This document shows positions 1 to 13,372 of a stretch of DNA of 64,000 nt, piece after piece. Position numbers and translations under genes: made by a program. The notes beneath the pieces were generated by a model. The model was not told where the DNA came from and ran no database searches. It saw only the letters and a program-made list of their open reading frames with translations. The stretch is from Eledone cirrhosa. Its lineage: Eukaryota. The stretch spans positions 17,050,001 to 17,114,000 of the forward strand of contig OZ024751.1 of the NCBI GenBank assembly GCA_964016885.1, given 5' to 3'. Position 1 is the stretch's first letter; the number at the start of each line of letters is the position of its first letter.

Positions 1-352
1 AAATGCAAGGGCTTTTGTGGTATGAAAGCGGAAAAGGAAGAGAAATGCAAGGGCTTTTGTGGTTATGAAAACGGAAAAGGAAGAGAAATGCAAGGGCTTT
101 TGTGGTTATGAAAACGGAAAAGGAAGAGAAATGCAAGGGCTTTTGTGGTTATGAAAACGGAAAAGGAAGAGAAATGCAAGGGCTTTTGTGGTTATGAAAA
201 CGGAAAAGGAAGAGAAATGCAAGGGCTTTTGTGGTTATGAAAACGGAAAAGGAAGAGAAATGCAAGGGCTTTTGTGGTTATGAAAACGGAAAAGGAAGAG
301 AAATGCAAGGGCTTTTGTGGTATGAAAACGGAAAAGGAAGAAATGCAAGGGC
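1..352. repeat. 43-bp minisatellite (about 8 units, runs off window start)
   Basis: Unit aaatgcaagggcttttgtggttatgaaaacggaaaaggaagag starts at 1, 43, 86, 129, 172, 215, 258, 301, with a partial unit at 341. Confidence 0.97.
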
Positions 353-654
353 TCCAGTGTCACAGAATAATAATGGGGATGGGAAAGGGGAGGGTTTGGG
401 GCCTAGGGTGTGGGGGTATTGAGGCTGCATCCCATGGAGAAACCTGCAAAATTATATTATCGAAGTTTTGTCTTAAGATTAGACTGCCGGTGAACAGGAT
501 GCACGGAGTAGCTAAACATATTCCTCTGGTCCTTTTTCTGTTTATTCTGTATTTTGTCTATTATTCGTGTCTTTTACAGTTCTTTAGTTAGATTATCATC
601 TTTTTGTTAGTTAGGTATCGATATATTAGTTTATGATGATATCATTATTTTTAA

Positions 655-848
655 GGGTGGTGGATTGGTAGTATCAGTAGAGGGTTGGACGCCATGCTTT
701 GCAGCAAAGAGTTACCTCCCTTTATGGTCTGAGTTCATATACCGCCGAGGTTAACTTTGCCTTTCATCCTTACGGGGTCGATAAAATAAAGTACCAGTAA
801 TGCACTGGGATAATTGCTGGCCTTGTGCCAAAAGTAGAAACAATTATT
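655..848 (+). mobile_element. tRNA-derived SINE (Nin/Deu-like core), short-tail subtype
   Basis: Head gggtggtggattggtagtatc, B-box-like gagttcata, core gccgaggttaactttgcctttcatccttacggggtcgataaaataaagtaccag shared by many copies in the window. Confidence 0.9.
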
Positions 849-915
849 TCTACAGCCGAGTTTCAGTACAACTAGTGCATAATATTCCATTCTATGCATT
901 ACACTCTTAACATTT

Positions 916-1235
916 ACTTCTTCTTCTTCGGCCGAGTTCACACTCGTAAATATTCAGCACTCCTTCTCCAATTGTTCCGGTCGAGCATAACATTTCTCAG
1001 TTCATCGATATTATCAATGTTGACATCTCTCAGCAGGGTGTCAACGTATAAGACGAGCTGCCCTCCCACGCTTCTTCGTCCGACCGCAGGTTTCCAGAGA
1101 ACAAATTATGATGCTATCTCTTCTGGATGATGGATGCAGTGCCCAGCCAGTTTCATTCGTCTGCAAGCAACTCTTTTTGAGACTAGTTATAATGATCTGT
1201 ATAGTTCCATATTTAAATGAAATGAACATATAACT
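916..1235 (-). mobile_element. RTE-clade LINE 3' fragment
   Basis: Minus strand, frameshifted: RRMKLAGHCIHHPEE...VLWKP...RLYVDTLLRD...MLDRNNWR, then a (GAA)n tail. Confidence 0.8.
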
Positions 1236-1449
1236 GAATTCCAACGAGGCTATATTTCATAGGACGTTTGTTGGGTATTTTAACGATAAGTGTCTAACTT
1301 TCCACCGGTTCCGCAGGGCAGCCAATGCGTGGGCTTCCATTTGCAAATAATGAGAAATGGGGAATGCGAGAGTGACGCAGGCAGTGAGAGACAGAGAGAC
1401 AACAGACATATTTCAGTTCGAGTATATTGAATGAATTGAATCGTTTGAT

Positions 1450-1524
<75 letters not shown>

Positions 1525-1546
1525 GGTAAACATTGATGCTATTCAA

Positions 1547-1620
1547 GCTGTCTGATGATGACACGACATTGGCACACAGAACAGCGTGGCCAGTGTCGTC
1601 ACTGAAATATATATCACAGC
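1547..1620 (+). ncRNA. Minimal type-I hammerhead ribozyme in a 150-bp insert between two (TA)n tracts
   Basis: gctgt CTGATGA [tgac acgacattggc...gccagtgtcgt cact] GAAA tatata TC acagc; 5-bp stem I, 11-bp stem II helix, palindromic stem III. Confidence 0.85.
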
Positions 1621-1667
1621 ATTATTATTAAAGGACTTGAACATCTGAAACTACTTCGCTTTTCCTT

Positions 1668-1785
<118 letters not shown>

Positions 1786-1812
1786 TATATACACACACAC
1801 ACATATGTATAT

Positions 1813-1920
1813 TTATTAAAACAACAGATTAAAGTATAAGCAAAGAATCGCTGCTTTCACCCTTAATATATATATTATCCTTATCGAGCCCTCTTCGGAT
1901 TTTAGTCTTCACATTTCTTA
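1813..1920 (-). repeat. Unclassified (TA)n-associated repeat, PLE-pLTR-like tail
   Basis: Homologous to 34800-34940(+), 56902-56976(+), 59230-59298(+) and tail copies at 60043-60295(-). Confidence 0.75.
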
Positions 1921-1928
1921 TTATGACT

Positions 1929-1977
<49 letters not shown>

Positions 1978-2154
1978 TTAAGGATACTATTTATGGTTAT
2001 GTATATACTAAAACTTTTTATAGTTATATATATTTTAAACCCTAAACTACCTTATTACCAGTAAGATAAATAGCTCCATGTAATAACATCAGTTGTTCTA
2101 CAGAGCAGTTATATAGAATTCACAAGAATCAAAGCTATGTTCAAAGCATTTATT

Positions 2155-2201
2155 CGCTTACAATTGTTTCATCCAAACCTAGGCTTGTAGTCTTCGAAGC
2201 A
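2155..2201 (-). ncRNA. Degenerate hammerhead (core TCGAAGA), same family as 16012-16058
   Basis: tgct TCGAAGA ctacaagcctaggtttggat GAAA caattg TA agcg aataaa; flanks homologous to 15985-16130. Confidence 0.6.
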
Positions 2202-2599
2202 TTTTTCAATGTTTGTACACATACTTGACCTCCTCTCCAACGCAAGAGACATACAGATACATATGTATATATTGATGTACAGTGGGGTGACATATATTAT
2301 ATTATATTATTTCTGAATGGCAATTTAGATTCAAAATCATAATCATATTAAAACAGAATCAAAGCAAAATTAAAATTAAAATACAACATAAATGCAAAAT
2401 TAAAATACAATCGGCAGTTAACGTAGATAATGCAAGAGGATAGTTTGTTAGTCAGTTGTAGTAGTTATTGTATGCATTAGTTACACGTGGGGTATGCACG
2501 TGTGTCTTATTTATATATATATATAAAATAAATCTGCATACTGAGGTGTCGGTAAACAACCAACATATACTCAATATATATATATATATAGAGAGAGAG

Positions 2600-2935
2600 A
2601 AGTAGTAACATAATAGTTAGTTCACCATACCGAGAACAATTGTTTCACCTTAGTCTTCAGCTCGGACTGTTAGTGGTTATACGGAATAGGAAGAACAATC
2701 GAATGAACGCACATGTGCAAAAACAGCCACTTAACCCAAGCGATAGAAAATCACAGGTGAAAGGTGTAAGGGTGATAACTGCGAATGGCCGGAATAAAAT
2801 GTTCGAGATGATTAGAAAATTAGAATGTTGTTTTTATACAATCCGGAGCCTTGTAGTTATGTAAGAGGTGTTTCCAGGCATGTGGACAACGTGAGAAGAT
2901 TTCATTTTTTTATGTAGACAAACGTCACCATAAAC
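2600..2935 (-). mobile_element. Hydra-like PLE 3' end (ORF C-terminus plus pLTR)
   Basis: Minus strand KNEIFSRCPHAWKHLL resembles KYEIFSSCPH at about 54545; followed by a hammerhead and a (TC)/(TA)n tract. Confidence 0.75.
2630..2665 (-). ncRNA. Minimal hammerhead ribozyme
   Basis: ccgag CTGAAGA ctaaggt GAAA caattg TT ctcgg; homolog at 61722-61761. Confidence 0.8.
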
Positions 2936-3162
2936 CGCATAAAATACACAAACACATACATATATACAGAATGTCCCCAAACATGTATATACATATTCAT
3001 AAGAATGCTGTTCAAGTTTGTATACATTTATATAATACGTCTTTGAATATTATTGTTTCTGTTTTTAAATCGTAATCTTAGTCATTAATGAAGTACATAC
3101 TGCATGAAGTTCACTTTTATGTTATCTAGCGTCTAAGTCCTATATTTAAAAAAAACAACACA

Positions 3163-3344
3163 TAATTGTTTCTACATTTGGCTCAAGGCCAGCAATTATC
3201 CCAATGTATTACTGGTGCTTTATTTTATCGACCCCGTAACGATGAAAGGCAAAGTTAACTTCGGCGGGATTTAAACTCAGACCATAAAGGGCCGTAACTC
3301 TTTGCTGCAGAGTCAGACCCCTACCGATACTGCCAATACACCGC
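3163..3344 (-). mobile_element. tRNA-derived SINE
   Basis: Reverse complement of the 655-848 family. Confidence 0.9.
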
Positions 3345-3349
3345 ATATA

Positions 3350-3457
3350 ATGAAGCGTCTTGCTCAAAGCACAAGGCACCAACTAACCGAGGAAGGGAAC
3401 CCACGACCTTATGTTCATGATATGCCACACTCTAACTAATGGGCTACGCAACTTCAC
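3350..3457 (-). mobile_element. Degenerate CORE-type SINE fragment
   Basis: Plus strand gaagcgtcttgctcaaagcacaa...gaacccacgacct resembles the reverse complement of a tRNA head plus CORE domain. Confidence 0.55.
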
Positions 3458-3504
3458 GTCCTATTAACCTAGTACTTTCTATGTTTATATTGTTCGCCAT
3501 TGAT

Positions 3505-3815
3505 CAGTGTGTGTATGTGTGAGTGTAACTCTTAACCTAGTACACTGTATTGCTATATTGCTTACCATTGATGTGTGTATGTAAGTGTGTGTGTGTAAGT
3601 GTGCGTATGTATGTGCATGTCTGTTCGTTTGGTTTGTGTGTGTGTGGGAGCGTGTGTTGTGTGTCTGTACGTGTGTGTGTGTGTCTGTACATTTGTGTAT
3701 GTTTGAGTGTGTGTATGTGTGTCTGTGTGTGAGCGTGTGTGTATCCGTACGTGTGTGTGTGTGTGTATGTAAATGTATGTGTAGATGTGTGTGTGTTTGT
3801 AAGTATGTGTATGTT
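3505..3815. repeat. Degenerate (TG)n tract
   Basis: Direct inspection. Confidence 0.9.
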
Positions 3816-4101
3816 GTTACATTGTATGTTCCTGTGTTACAGTTGTTTGTTGACAACTCTTATCAGATCGATGGCTAGTAAGATCATTTTCTAATAAATT
3901 TAATTATAAGAGATGATAATCAATATATTTTACAAATATTATTCACACATTTATCTTCCAATAATTTCCTCATTTTGTTTTGCTTTTCCTGTGTGTGCGA
4001 TTTTTTAAAATACTTGTTATTGGTTATCGGATATTTATTCAGTTCAGTGAAGCATCATTTTCCCATGTTAAACATCCACGTATTAACACTTATCTTTTTG
4101 C

Positions 4102-4139
<38 letters not shown>

Positions 4140-4262
4140 TTCTTATTCATTTTCTTCTTTTTTCTCTTTTTTTCTTGTTGCTCTTTTTCTTATTTCATTA
4201 TTTTCCTTTTTTTTACTACTACTGCTACAGCTACTTTTTATCATTGTTATTATTATTATTGA

Positions 4263-4485
4263 GGGCGGTGGATTGGCAGTATCGGTAGAGGGTCGGACGC
4301 CATGTTTTGCAGCATAGAGTTACGGCACTTTATGATCTGAGTTCAAACCCCACCGAGGTTAACTTTGCCTTTCATCCTTACGGGGTCGATAAAATAAAGT
4401 ACCAGTCACGCACTGGGGTTGATTTAATTGACTTTCCCCCTCCCCCGAAAATTGCTGGCCTTGTGACATATAAGAAACCGTTATT
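4263..4485 (+). mobile_element. tRNA-derived SINE, long-tail subtype
   Basis: Full head and core plus ggggttgatttaattgact...cccc segment; flanked by (TTA)n. Confidence 0.92.
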
Positions 4486-4513
4486 ATCATTATTATTATT
4501 ATTATTATTATCA

Positions 4514-4730
4514 GGGTGGGAAATTGGAAGAGATGTTAGAGCCTTAGTCAAATGATTTCCAGTATTTGTTCAGGTGTTTTACCTTCTGAGTCCGAATACC
4601 CCCACGGCTAGCTTTGCCTTTCACCCTTCCGGGCTCGATAAAATAAAGTACCAATAAAATACTGGAGTCAATTAAATCGATTTTTCCTTTTCACGAATTG
4701 CTAGCCTTGTGCCTAAATAAGAAATAACTA
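4514..4730 (+). mobile_element. Older SINE with the same core
   Basis: tttgcctttcacccttccgggctcgataaaataaagtacc...gccttgtgcctaaa. Confidence 0.8.
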
Positions 4731-6105
4731 TTTAAAAAATTAGAAACAATTAAAATTATTTTTGCTATTGAGACATAATACAAGAAATCGATGTCCAAAT
4801 GTTTTGTAAACATAGAATGATAGGCCAAGACCAAATTAATTTTTATCCTTACACCACCCTAGTAATATTTAGCACATATTGGTAGACTGTATAATCCTAT
4901 AAAATTTATCTGCTCTGGCAGCGTTTTTTAACCTTCCATTTTATTTCAATTAGTAGTGTTAATATTTCGATTTTTATCTCTGAAAGAAATTTATTTTAAA
5001 GGAATATATAATGAATCGATAACATTACAATATAATAATTTGATGTCTCTTATAAGCCACTTCAGTTATTAATTTCTCTGTTTTTTAACTCATACGTTTT
5101 GTTCTCATTTATTGCATGAAGTGTCGCTAAGATCAATAACAGACATCAGTTTATTGTTTATTAATTATATCTAATCTTCGGTAGTTGAAGAAATTTTAAA
5201 TGCATACTCAACAACGAACTTCATTGAGCAAATTCACAAGTGCTTTAGAAAAATCATATATTATAATTTAGATATACTTCATTTTGAAACAAGCAGTAGG
5301 TTAGCAATGTAATGTTCATCACGGTCTCCATGTATTATCTTCACTGACTTTGGTTTCATTCATGATCAAAATAATTAACTCTCTTCCTTTTCAAAAACAA
5401 TACGCCCTATTTTATATATTAGATTATCCCTTTTCAATATCTGATTTTATTTTAATTAATATGATGATGAGGACGATGATGATGGTGATGACAATAATGA
5501 TGTTGATGACGATGATTAAGATGATGCTATTTATGTTGATGCCGATATTGGTGATGCATCATCCGTCGCTTTCGACGGTGAGCATTCAAGCGTTCGATCA
5601 TTTGAACTTGCAATTCATTAAATAAAGTGTAAGTACTTCTCACAGACACGTGTACTTTGAACGTAATTATCAAGCCGAATCAGCGTAACACAATACGTAT
5701 GAAGGCTAGCCATTTGCATTAAAAGGTTTCCATATAGCTTCCGTCGACCAAATGTCATTTACAATGGTAGAATTGTCGATTGATTGAGGTAAAAAGAACC
5801 CCAAGATACATACAAACAAAACACACTTGTTGAAGATGACAAGCAATGGCATGAAACGTGACACTCCATGGTTCCGAAGTGATGATTCAGTGTGTTAATC
5901 ACAATGTCTAGCATTCGAAGAAGCATTGCATGCATGCATGGTCCCGTAAATCATCAGGGAATCCGCGAGGCGCTGTAGTGTGTAAGGGTATTTCTTGGAC
6001 ATTTTTATACCTGGTGGAGCCCAATCCTTTCCAGTTCTGAGCACGGCAGATTTTTTGCAAAGAAGCATAGAGAGAATAGAAGTGAAAAAGAGATATAGAG
6101 GAAGA

Positions 6106-6268
6106 ATCGACCCCCCCCCCCCCCCCCCCAGTGCTTGAATTATCCTTCCTTACCGACATCGAATGGATGAAAGGCAAAGTCACCTCGGGACGATTTGAAA
6201 TCTGATTGCAGAGAGGCGAAACAAATGCTGCAAAATATTTCATCTGGCGTTCTAACGACTTTGCCATA
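6106..6268 (-). mobile_element. Diverged SINE
   Basis: ggatgaaaggcaaagtcacctcggg is the reverse-complemented core. Confidence 0.7.
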
Positions 6269-7005
6269 AATGAGCACTACTAGTAATCAAACCAAAATGA
6301 TTCAATACGAACATTAAAAGTATTAAAGATAGCGCGGCAGCTAACAGAAATCAGTCTTTAAATAATTATCAGTCGATAATATAAGTACCAATCAGATACA
6401 GGAATTGATTTAAGTGACTATACATATTCCGTAGATAAATATTTCTAGTTTTGTGATACAGTTTAAAATTAGAAAACGAGAACCGATGGCAGATTCAGCG
6501 CTGTCAGATTATTTCTAATCGGTCTGAATTGCATTTCACAACCTCTTTCTATTTCAGACTATCAAAATGATCTGTGGAACAGATACGAACATCACTATTC
6601 AATCAACTACTCGGATACCCCTTTAACGTTATATAATACTGTATAACGCTATTTGTATGAAATAAGTTTTTATCTATTCTGATATTTGAAATTAGCTCTA
6701 AAACAATCTGCAAAATGCGTCATCGACAAAGTCTTTATGCCCCTGTTCAACCTTCTAGAGATAGCAGCTAAATCGGAATCTAATAAAACACCAGTGTTTT
6801 TTTAATAAGTGAGGAAAAACACTTTAGAAAACATAAAACATAATCACTATCTATCTGGTTATCTGTCTATCCATCAATTTACCTATCTCTTTTTTGTCTC
6901 TCTATTCATCTACCTCTCTCTATCTCTCTCTCCACACATACACACGCACACACACACATACACACACACGCGCGCACACACACGCGCACCCCCCCCCCCC
7001 CCCCC

Positions 7006-7048
<43 letters not shown>

Positions 7049-7743
7049 AGATGGATAGATTGTCCGATACTTTGTATTTTTCTACATATATAAATATATT
7101 GCGAGGATATTTTTGAATGCTGCCATCTATCTTATATTTTTCATTTACTTATATACATTTTAAGCAATTATTGACACCATGGTACTGGGTCAATGGGATA
7201 TCATCATTCAACCGTCTAGAAAAATTGAATTATCTAATTCCCTTATACTTAAAAAAAAAAAACAATAAAAAAAAAATAAAAACAAATCCAGTTCCCATTA
7301 TGGAAACGATATCATATTTAATAATGTCTTATCTGTGGAATATAATACAATTCCGAAAATTATGAAACGAAAAATACATTTGCACACAGAAAAATGTCCA
7401 GTGGTTTTAAATTTGAATACAATAATATTCAGAGAGTCTGTTCCGTTACCGAAGAGTAATATTTCTGAAAGTATTTCTCATGATATGGAAAAAAGCTACG
7501 TAGGGTCACAGGTTTACAATAAGTCTGAGGGAGAGAACATCTTTAGAGTGGTCTTTAAAAGCCACCAGCATTGTAATTGAAATATATTGTAAAGGATCTA
7601 CTCTCTATAAACAAATTATTTCACTACATTAGACATGTCAACTCTTCGCATTGGACGGTGAGATCTCCCACCCGGTTTTACGTAGATGGGAGATGTCTTC
7701 TCTTGTGAAAATGGATATAGCTTTCATTATATAAAATATGCGA

Positions 7744-7961
7744 GGGCGGTGGATTGGCAGTATCGTTAGAGAGTTGGAAACCATGTTTCGCAGCATGGAG
7801 TTACGATCTTTTACAGTATGAGTTCAAATCCCGCCGAGGTTAACTTTGCCTTTCATCGTTACGGGGTCGATAAAATAAAGCACCAGTAACGTACTGGGGT
7901 CGATTTAATCGACCCCCCCCCCCCCCAATTACTGGCCTTGTGCCTATATAAGAAACAATTA
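7744..7961 (+). mobile_element. tRNA-derived SINE, long-tail subtype
   Basis: Full head, B box gagttcaaatc, core and tail. Confidence 0.92.
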
Positions 7962-8284
7962 TATCAAAAAAGCCTCATTCTACTTCATTTCTTCCCGCGT
8001 CGGGACACATTTTTTCATGGCACTATCCGTTTGAGTTTTTAGAAGTTGGCAGGTCTACTACATGAAGGCTACGGAACTATTCAACAACAGAAACGTTTAG
8101 CTGCTTTATAGTTATTATTGTTTTCGCCTGTTTTTTTATTTTATGTATGCTTCTTCTGTCTCATGTTGTTTTTCTCTTGCTTTATTCCACTCTCTGCCTC
8201 TCTTCCGATTTTGATTCTAAAATTTAAAAGGTATTAGACACGTCTCCTAATCCCTAATTATTTAGTAGTTATATACTTATTTTT

Positions 8285-8428
8285 GGGCGGCGAATTGGCA
8301 GAGTCGTTAGAATGTCCGAGAGAATGCTTAGCAGTATTCGTTCCGACTGATTTCGAATCCCACCGAGACCAAATTTAATTTCATCAATTTAAGGTGTATA
8401 AAAAGTACCAGTCAAATACTGGTGTCGA
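8285..8428 (+). mobile_element. Degenerate SINE
   Basis: gggcggcgaattggcagagtcgttaga...aagtaccagtcaaatactgg. Confidence 0.65.
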
Positions 8429-9341
8429 GTCTTACTCTATCTTCTCCTTATCCCCACTCCCTTTCCCTCACATTCCATCTTTCTCTGAAAGAAATCTGCT
8501 GAATTCAGACCTTGAGAGGAGATGGGATTAGCTAGATTTTTAAACGCCCTAGAAAAGCCTTATATCAATATGGCACCCCTACACTTCCCTCGCTAGTTAC
8601 GGGACCATGTATAAATACTTATTTTTAATTTGATTACATGAATAAATAAATACACGAATTGTCCAATAAATAGTAAAATAGTATACGCATGATTACTAAA
8701 TAAATAAGTTTGAGTCACAATGATGAGGTCTAGAGTTAAATGCTAATCTGTGGTCTCTTGTGTCAGTCGTTTTAACACAGCATCGCTTGGACCCAAGTCT
8801 AAGGACGGTAAAGTGGCTAGATGAAAACTGTATCTAAGCCCATGGGACTGTATCAGTAACTCAAATGGCCAGTCTTATACTATATTACGACACACTGAAT
8901 AATCACGAGAATTCCGTTCAATGTTCACGTGTTTATTAACGGTTTAGCATCTTGCAAGTTAATTTAACGAGCAGACTGTCCTGTAGATAAAACAAATATA
9001 GCACTTAGTATACATTCTATTGTATTCCATAGTCAAATACCAAGAGAATGTACAATCTAAGATGTGTGGTTCTTATTTTGATGTACGGATGCAAGCAGAC
9101 AATAATCTTTCACAAATCTATTTCAGTAGTCGTAGTAGCCTATTTCACTTCACACGAGGTAGCTTTTGCCGTTGGCATATCTAATTTGAAGTCTGATATA
9201 TTTTTACGATACAAAGTAATGTAATTATTTGAAATCCTGTATATGTTTCGTACATTTATTGCATAAAAACGGTTTATTTTTTATCGGAATATTCATGTAT
9301 TATTCTTTAAAGTATGCCGCATTTACCAGAATATTCTAGTA

Positions 9342-9388
9342 AACACACACACACATACATACACACGCACACACACACACACACATAT

Positions 9389-9423
<35 letters not shown>

Positions 9424-9545
9424 CGTATATATTTATATATATATATATATACGTATCTATACGTATGTATGTATATATATGTATATATGCATATATACGT
9501 TTATGTATGTATGTATATATATATATATATATTTATATATGTATG

Positions 9546-9578
<33 letters not shown>

Positions 9579-9579
9579 G

Positions 9580-9615
<36 letters not shown>

Positions 9616-9633
9616 AGTATATATATATATATG

Positions 9634-9715
<82 letters not shown>

Positions 9716-9893
9716 AGTATATATATATATATGTAAGTATATATATATATATGTATGTATTTATATATATATATATATGTAAGTATATATATATATATGT
9801 ATGTATTTATATATATATATATATGTAAGTATATATATATATGTATGTATTTATATATATATATATATGTAAGTATATATATATATATGTATG

Positions 9894-9948
<55 letters not shown>

Positions 9949-9955
9949 ATGTATT

Positions 9956-9986
<31 letters not shown>

Positions 9987-10041
9987 TTATATATATATAT
10001 ATGTATATATTTATATATATATATATATATATGTATGTATT

Positions 10042-10110
<69 letters not shown>

Positions 10111-10111
10111 T

Positions 10112-10144
<33 letters not shown>

Positions 10145-10145
10145 T

Positions 10146-10176
<31 letters not shown>

Positions 10177-10177
10177 T

Positions 10178-10208
<31 letters not shown>

Positions 10209-10209
10209 T

Positions 10210-10278
<69 letters not shown>

Positions 10279-10303
10279 TTATATATATATATATATATGT
10301 ATG

Positions 10304-10382
<79 letters not shown>

Positions 10383-10650
10383 TTATATATATATATATGT
10401 AAGTATATATATATATATGTATGTATATATATACGTATATGTATGTATATATGTATGTATATATATATGTATATATGTTATTATATGTATATATATTTAT
10501 ATACACGCTCCCATACATATATATATAAGTATATATATATACATATATATATATATACACACATAGATATATATACACGCACACATACATAAATATCTAT
10601 ATACACGCACACACATATATATATATATATATACGTATATATATATACAT
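9342..10650. repeat. Compound (TA)n array with periodic GTATGTATT/GTAAG interruptions
   Basis: Direct inspection. Confidence 0.95.
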
Positions 10651-11242
10651 CTGTGTGTGTATGTGCTGGCGTAAGGCAGCATTGTTTTAGATTTTTGATA
10701 TTCGTCTGCAGTACTACTTTGCGAATTAATCTCTTTCAAGTGGAACTGACATCAATTTGCCGCCAATAGTAATAATAGTATTTCATATACTTCATCCGGA
10801 AATAATGTTATCGTTGCGATTTTTTAAAATAATCAAATTATTTTATAAACACTACAACAGAATATAAATATATTACCATTAGAAATAGAAAAATAAATAC
10901 TCTAGTTTCGATATGTTTCCTCTTTATGAGACAGTCCTCTACATGATGTAACTGAGATTTTTTAAAAATCTAGGGTACATAAAGTTTCTTTAACATTACT
11001 TTAAAGAACACGGTTTAAAATCATATTTTCTTATTTTACTATAGAAACGTATCTAGCAAACTATCTAGCTATACATATACATATATATACAAGATTACAT
11101 AATTGCAAACGAATCGAGTATAGAGGTATATATTTGTCTGTGTGTGTTTATATATATATGTATATATATGTATATATATGTATACATATATATATATATA
11201 TATATATATATTGATATTTATCTCTCTCTGTCTCTCTCGATA

Positions 11243-11289
<47 letters not shown>

Positions 11290-11977
11290 GTTTATGTATG
11301 TATGCGTGTGTGTCTATGAAAGTCGTAGATAAATCATTTCTTTCCAAAAAAACTAGTGTTACAAAAAGTAAAGTGATTGATCGGTATGTCATCAATGATA
11401 CCCATCAAAATATTGATTTCAGATCTTCAAAGTTACGAGCAATAACTCCAGCAGACTATAGAAAAAGACTCCGGATAACAGGGGAATCAGTAGAACCACC
11501 AGACTGAAGCTTAATTGTGCAATTGTTCTTACAATATTTACATGTTCTCGACAGTCGATTGTAGAAGGTAGGACATTTAACTCCTGGTCTATTCATGGTG
11601 GCGCCGTCCTGTTACATCCTTGTTTCTAGTGCATTTTAAACCTGCGTTGCTCATCACTCTCCAGGTCGGATGACTTCAACAGTTAGGGGAATCAACCCCC
11701 AGTCCTGGACTGCTAATATATTTATCGTCTTCAAAAAAAATGAGCTGGGTGGGATTTGATCTGACGGTGCTGTCACCTGGAAGAAATAGCGCGACGTTTT
11801 CAATGTTACACCCTATTGAATGAGCTAATTAGCTCCCTTGGACAGTCTATAGATGACTTTCAAATCGTTTCGGTAACGCACTGGGGTGGATTCAATCGTC
11901 TTTCCCACCCCACAAAATTATTGAACTGGTGCTTAAATAAGAAATCATTATTATTATTACTAGCAAAGTAATAATAA

Positions 11978-12170
11978 GGGTGTGGATTGGCAGTATCCGT
12001 AGAGGGTCCGACGCCATGCTTTGCAGCAAAGTGTTACGGCCCTTTATGATCTGAGTTCAAATCCCGCCCGGGTTAAATTTGCCTTTCATCCTTACGGGGT
12101 CGAAAAAAATAAAGTATCAGTAATACACTGGGATAATTGCTGGCCTTGTGCCAAAAGTGGAAACAATTTT
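11978..12170 (+). mobile_element. tRNA-derived SINE, short-tail subtype
   Basis: Closely matches 655-848; a SINE tail fragment lies just upstream at 11875-11950. Confidence 0.9.
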
Positions 12171-12512
12171 ATTAGCATGTGTAGTGTGTATATTGACATT
12201 ATACGCAAATATATATACATGTAGATATGATACATCAAATACAATCGTAAGTGACAATATACACAGAAATTGAATGAACACTACGTTACACTCTCTTATG
12301 TAATCAGTAACGTAATCGATGATACATTAAACCAATATATATTATATATAAACTGCATTAGGAGAAAATTAGTGAGGGAAATATATGAATGTTAATTTAA
12401 GCGATCGCTAACCGGAAGTGTTTACATTTGAAAATGTTAATGAAGTGAATCTTTAAATAAACAATAAAATATATTTAATCAACACCTACGAAATTTATTA
12501 CATAAAATTATA

Positions 12513-12624
12513 TAATTGTTTCTACTTTTGGCACAATGCCAGCAATTACCAAATGCAATACTGGTACTTTATTTTATCGACCCCCTAAGGATTAAAGGCA
12601 AAGTTAACCTCGGCGGGATTTGAA
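12513..12624 (-). mobile_element. 5'-truncated SINE
   Basis: Core and tail only. Confidence 0.85.
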
Positions 12625-13197
12625 AATTATATAATATTCATTCATTATATATTCAAAGTAATCAAACTTATTTTACTAATGGGATAAACAATTATAAATC
12701 GTACGTAGTCCCTCATTCCTTACTTCATTATAGTTTAGATCATTTAATATTCCTTTTAATTCTCCTTCTTTCCCAAATACTGCCGAGCGTCAACATGTAC
12801 GCCGAGGCAGAATTGGGTCATACGCAATTCTTGCAAATGATGCCATAAAGGCATAAGCGAAAGTAAATTTCTTTCAAGATACTTAAATCAATAATGACCT
12901 TCACAGGACATGAACAGTACTAATCAGCACTATATTTTTCTATTTCTTGCAGAGGTCGCTTGCAGAGATGGCTTCCCAGGTATCTTGTCCAACTATTCTT
13001 CAGTTCCCTTTTTAGCATTCCAACTGCACATAATATAACCAGTATTGTAGAATCTTTAACATGTCACATTTTCTCAATTTCAATTATCAAAGTTTTAGAC
13101 GTGTTGCTATAATTGTTTGGCAGTCTCTGATGTAACAAATATTTATATCAGATTCATCTGTTTAATAATTAATGCAAGTATTCAGAATATTCAGTCA

Positions 13198-13260
<63 letters not shown>

Positions 13261-13265
13261 TTTAA

Positions 13266-13336
13266 TTTATAATAAATTGGAGTGAAAGCAGCTGGTGCGT
13301 GTGTTTCTTATTGCCAACATGAGCCACCCAAAGCAT

Positions 13337-13341
<5 letters not shown>
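13266..13341 (+). repeat. Inverted copy of the Naiad-like PLE 3' tail
   Basis: Reverse complement of 13368-13443 (one mismatch), separated from it only by (TA)n. Confidence 0.92.

Positions 13342-13367
<26 letters not shown>

Positions 13368-13372
<5 letters not shown>

Noticed and set aside
1-352. CRISPR-like regular repeat
   Set aside because: Units are contiguous with no unique spacers, there are no cas genes, and the context is eukaryotic
4263-4360. tRNA genes at SINE heads
   Set aside because: Only A/B-box-like remnants followed by the SINE core; no cloverleaf could be folded
11400-11600. Hydrophobic and Cys-containing short frames on the minus strand; acceptor-like site at about 6558
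   Set aside because: No recognisable domain and no convincing splice-site pair
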